A stretch of 64,000 nucleotides of DNA, taken from NCBI GenBank assembly GCA_963842085.1, contig CAWJET010000001.1, positions 2,368,001 to 2,432,000 on the forward strand. The letters run 5' to 3'. Numbering within the stretch: position 1 is the stretch's first letter; every line of letters starts with the position of its first letter. Shown here one piece after another: positions 60,914-64,000 of the stretch. The notes beneath the pieces are model-generated. The model saw only the letters and a list, made by a program, of their open reading frames with translations. It made no database searches and had not been told where the DNA came from. Both the position numbers and the translations under genes were made by a program. This DNA is from an uncultured delta proteobacterium (GTDB lineage: Bacteria; Desulfobacterota; Binatia; Binatales; Binataceae).

Positions 60914-63697
60914 ATGGATTCGAAGTCAAAAGTAACCGACCGCGCACCGGCCCCCAGTGCTGCTCCGGTCAATTCTGCCGCGCGCGGCCGGGGCGTCGTG
61001 CTCGAGCGCTTCTTCACCCAGGCCGGCGTCGATCCATATTCCCAGGTCGAGTGGGATCTCCGCAGCGCCGTCATCTCGGGCGAAGACGGCCGCGTGGTCT
61101 TCGAGCAGAAAGACGTCGAGGTGCCGCGAGCGTGGTCGCAAACCGCCACCAACGTCGTCGTCTCGAAATATTTCCGCGGCCCGCTCGGCACGCCGCGGCG
61201 CGAAACCAGCGTCCGCCAACTCATCTCACGCGTCGTCGACACCATCACCGGATGGGGTGACAAGCAGGGTTACTTCGCCGACGCCGACGCGCGCGAGACT
61301 TTCCACGCCGAGCTCAAGTACCTGCTCCTGAATCAAAAGGCCTCGTTCAACAGCCCCGTCTATTTCAACGTCGGCATCGAAGCCAAGCCGCAGTGCTCGG
61401 CATGCTTTATCCTCAAGGTCGACGACAGCATGGACTCGATCCTGAGCTGGTACCGCAACGAGGGCATGATCTTCAAAGGCGGCTCGGGCGCCGGCGTGAA
61501 CCTGTCGGCGCTGCGCTCATGCCGCGAGAAGCTCTCGTCGGGCGGGACTGCGTCGGGCCCGTTGTCGTTCATGAAGGCCGCCGACGCGAGCGCCGGCGTG
61601 ATCAAGTCGGGCGGCAAGACGCGGCGCGCGGCCAAGATGGTCGTGCTCAACGCCGACCATCCCGACATCGTCGATTTCATCAAGTGCAAAGTCGAAGAGG
61701 AGCGCAAGGCGTGGGCGCTGATCGAAGCCGGCTATGACTCCTCGCTCGACGGCCCCGCTTACGGCTCCGTGTTCTTCCAGAACGCGAACAATTCCGTGCG
61801 CGCCACCGACGGCTTCATGCAGGCAGTCCTCGACGACGCCCAATGGCAGACGCACTTCGTCAAGTCCGGCGAAGTCGCCGAGACCCGGCCCGCGCGCAAG
61901 ATACTCCACCTGATCGCCGAGGCTGCCCACGCCTGCGGCGACCCCGGGATGCAATTCGACACCACCATCAACCTCTGGCACACCTGCCCCGCCAGCGGGC
62001 GCATCAACGCGTCGAATCCGTGCAGCGAGTACATGCATCTCGACAACTCGGCCTGCAATCTCGCCTCGCTCAACCTGATGAAGTTCATCGACGAGCGCGG
62101 CGAGTTCGACGTGCGCGCATTCCGCCACGCAGTCGACGTGATGATCACGGCGCAGGATATCGTGGTCGACAATTCCTCGTATCCGACCGACGAGATCGCC
62201 AGGAACGCGAGCGCGTTCCGCGAGCTCGGCCTTGGCTACGCAAACCTCGGCGCGCTGCTGATGGCGCTCGGGATGCCGTACGACTCCGAGCAGGGCCGCA
62301 GCTACGCCGCCGCGATTACCGCGTTGATGACGGGCGAGGCCTATCTGCAGTCGGCGCGCATCGCGGAGCAGATGGGTCCGTTCGCCGGCTACGCGCCCAA
62401 TCGCGAGCCGATGCTGAAAGTGATCGAGCGCCACAAATCGTACGCGTACAAGCTCGATCCGTCGTACGTCCCGCTCGACATGCTGCGCGCCGCGCGCGAC
62501 TCCTGGGACGACGCGCTCAAGCTCGGCACCGCGGCCGGCTACCGCAACTCGCAGGCCACGGTGATCGCGCCGACCGGCACGATCGCCTTCATGATGGATT
62601 GCGACACCACCGGCATCGAGCCCGACATCGCGCTCATCAAGTACAAAAAGCTGGTCGGCGGCGGGATGCTGAAAATTGTCAACGGCACCGTCCCGCGCGC
62701 GCTCAAGCGGCTGGGCTACGACTCGAAGGAAGTCCAGGAGATCGTCGAATACCTCGATGAGAACGAAACGATTGAAGGCGCGCCGCAACTCGCCGACGCG
62801 CATCTCGCCGTCTTCGATTGCGCTTTCAAGCCGCGCGCCGGCGCCCGCACCATTCACTACAACGGCCACCTCAAGATGATGGGCGCGGTGCAGCCGTTCA
62901 TCTCGGGCGCGATTTCCAAGACCATCAACATGCCCGCGGAAGCGACTGTGGACGAAGTCGCCGAGGCTTACGTCACCGCCTGGAAGCTCGGGCTGAAGGC
63001 GGTCGCGATTTACCGCGACGGCTCCAAGCGCACGCAGCCGCTCAACACCGGCAAGAAGGACCTCGAGAAAGCGGTGGAAGCGGTCGCGTCGATCGCGGCG
63101 TCCGACGACCGGATGCAGCGACGCAAGCTGCCCGACGAGCGCAAATCGATCACGCACAAGTTCGATATCGCCGGCCACGAAGGCTACATCACGGTCGGCA
63201 TGTACGAGGACGGCACGCCGGGCGAAATTTTCGTCACGATGTCCAAGCAGGGCTCGACCATCTCGGGCCTGATGGACTCCTTCGCCACCGCGATTTCGTT
63301 CGCGCTGCAATACGGCGTCCCGCTGCAGTTCCTGGTGGACAAATTTTCGCACATGCGCTTCGAGCCGTCGGGCTTCACCAAGAATCCGCAGATTCCGTAC
63401 GCCAAGTCGATCGTCGACTACCTGTTCCGCTGGATGGCGTCGAAATTCCTCGACGAAGAAGCGAAGCGAGAAGTCGGAATCGTCGAGTCGGAAAAAACGC
63501 TGTCAGCAAAATCAGACGCGGCGGCTGTCGCGATGGCTCCAGTGGCGAGTTTGCGCGACGGCAAGGACGGCGGCATCCGCCAGGCGTTCATCAACCAGGC
63601 CGACGCGCCGCCATGCCCCGACTGCGGCAGCATAATGGTGCGCAACGGCGCCTGCTACAAATGCATGAACTGCGGCACCACCAGCGGGTGCTCATGA
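60914..63697 (+). CDS. nrdJ: Vitamin B12-dependent (class II) ribonucleotide reductase
   Basis: FNSPV, PQCSACFI, SNPCSEY, IAPTGTI, AISKTIN, C-terminal CPDC...C..CG..SGCS. Confidence 0.96.
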   Translation: MDSKSKVTDRAPAPSAAPVNSAARGRGVVLERFFTQAGVDPYSQVEWDLRSAVISGEDGRVVFEQKDVEVPRAWSQTATNVVVSKYFRGPLGTPRRETSVRQLISRVVDTITGWGDKQGYFADADARETFHAELKYLLLNQKASFNSPVYFNVGIEAKPQCSACFILKVDDSMDSILSWYRNEGMIFKGGSGAGVNLSALRSCREKLSSGGTASGPLSFMKAADASAGVIKSGGKTRRAAKMVVLNADHPDIVDFIKCKVEEERKAWALIEAGYDSSLDGPAYGSVFFQNANNSVRATDGFMQAVLDDAQWQTHFVKSGEVAETRPARKILHLIAEAAHACGDPGMQFDTTINLWHTCPASGRINASNPCSEYMHLDNSACNLASLNLMKFIDERGEFDVRAFRHAVDVMITAQDIVVDNSSYPTDEIARNASAFRELGLGYANLGALLMALGMPYDSEQGRSYAAAITALMTGEAYLQSARIAEQMGPFAGYAPNREPMLKVIERHKSYAYKLDPSYVPLDMLRAARDSWDDALKLGTAAGYRNSQATVIAPTGTIAFMMDCDTTGIEPDIALIKYKKLVGGGMLKIVNGTVPRALKRLGYDSKEVQEIVEYLDENETIEGAPQLADAHLAVFDCAFKPRAGARTIHYNGHLKMMGAVQPFISGAISKTINMPAEATVDEVAEAYVTAWKLGLKAVAIYRDGSKRTQPLNTGKKDLEKAVEAVASIAASDDRMQRRKLPDERKSITHKFDIAGHEGYITVGMYEDGTPGEIFVTMSKQGSTISGLMDSFATAISFALQYGVPLQFLVDKFSHMRFEPSGFTKNPQIPYAKSIVDYLFRWMASKFLDEEAKREVGIVESEKTLSAKSDAAAVAMAPVASLRDGKDGGIRQAFINQADAPPCPDCGSIMVRNGACYKCMNCGTTSGCS

Positions 63698-63712
63698 AGA
63701 AGGAGTCTTAAG

Positions 63713-63850
63713 GGGTCCCGGAGAATAGGAGGGGAGGCGTTCGAGAGACTGGCGATGATGCGGGGGAGGCGGACGGGTAAGCAGCTACCGGCGGCGGCAA
63801 AGATTCAGCCAGTCCTCGGAGAAATGGGGATGACGAATTCTCCGGGACCC
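63713..63850. other. Nested inverted-repeat structure (ncRNA or MITE-like)
   Basis: Perfect 14 bp IR GGGTCCCGGAGAAT / ATTCTCCGGGACCC with inner stem CGAG-A-GACTGGC / GCCAGTC-CTCG. Confidence 0.6.
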
Positions 63851-63922
63851 ACATACTAAAGAAGGCGCGATCGGACTCGCGCCCTTACAGGATGTGGTGG
63901 GGCGGCGGATGTGGTGACGGCA

Positions 63923-63948
63923 GGGGGCTGGGAGCAATCCCAGCCCCC
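63923..63948 (+). terminator. Strong hairpin, possible terminator
   Basis: GGGGGCTGGGA-GCAA-TCCCAGCCCCC, 11 bp stem with GNRA loop; weak U tract. Confidence 0.55.
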
Positions 63949-64000
63949 AAATTGCCTTTCTGCGATCTTCTTAATGCCTCGCCCGTTACTTCACGGGAGA

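Noticed and set aside
50887-63697. Inteins or introns in recA and nrdJ
   Set aside because: Both proteins have normal length and continuous motifs.

Overview
GC-rich bacterial chromosomal window. The thpR-recA-alaS-phoH-ybeY-lnt-prfB gene order and general gene style suggest a Deltaproteobacteria-like soil lineage such as Ca. Binatota; this is an inference, not verified. The left part (1-18 kb) is accessory: ferredoxin/P450, pirin, a partial non-phosphorylative L-fucose-type pathway, pobA, a frameshifted Mrr nuclease, a secreted protein with 11 Trp-rich repeats, a Ni transporter whose 5' end is duplicated around a TylF methyltransferase, and a frameshifted epoxide hydrolase. From 17.9 to 26.4 kb lies an ackA-xfp-H+-ATPase-ppk2-SpoIIAA module, bounded by the intact tmRNA 3' end and a decayed copy of it (relic ssrA island, no integrase). 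The rest is mostly housekeeping (smpB, lemA/htpX, coaE, prfB, lnt, ybeY, phoH, alaS, recA, dciA, nrdJ). The most unusual signals are: the Trp-repeat protein; a ~500 bp AT-shifted, divergent block inside alaS over the tRNA-recognition domain; covarying hairpin repeats bracketing a DUF445 gene between recA and alaS; an AbiGi/ADP-ribosyltransferase-like ORF coupled inside the ybeY-lnt operon; a probable AUU start for phoH; a degenerate CobS; a GH-A/GT2 fusion with an ABC exporter; and a nested stem structure after nrdJ. No CRISPR array, rRNA, tRNA, integrase or reverse transcriptase was seen. All family calls come from motif recognition, not database searches.
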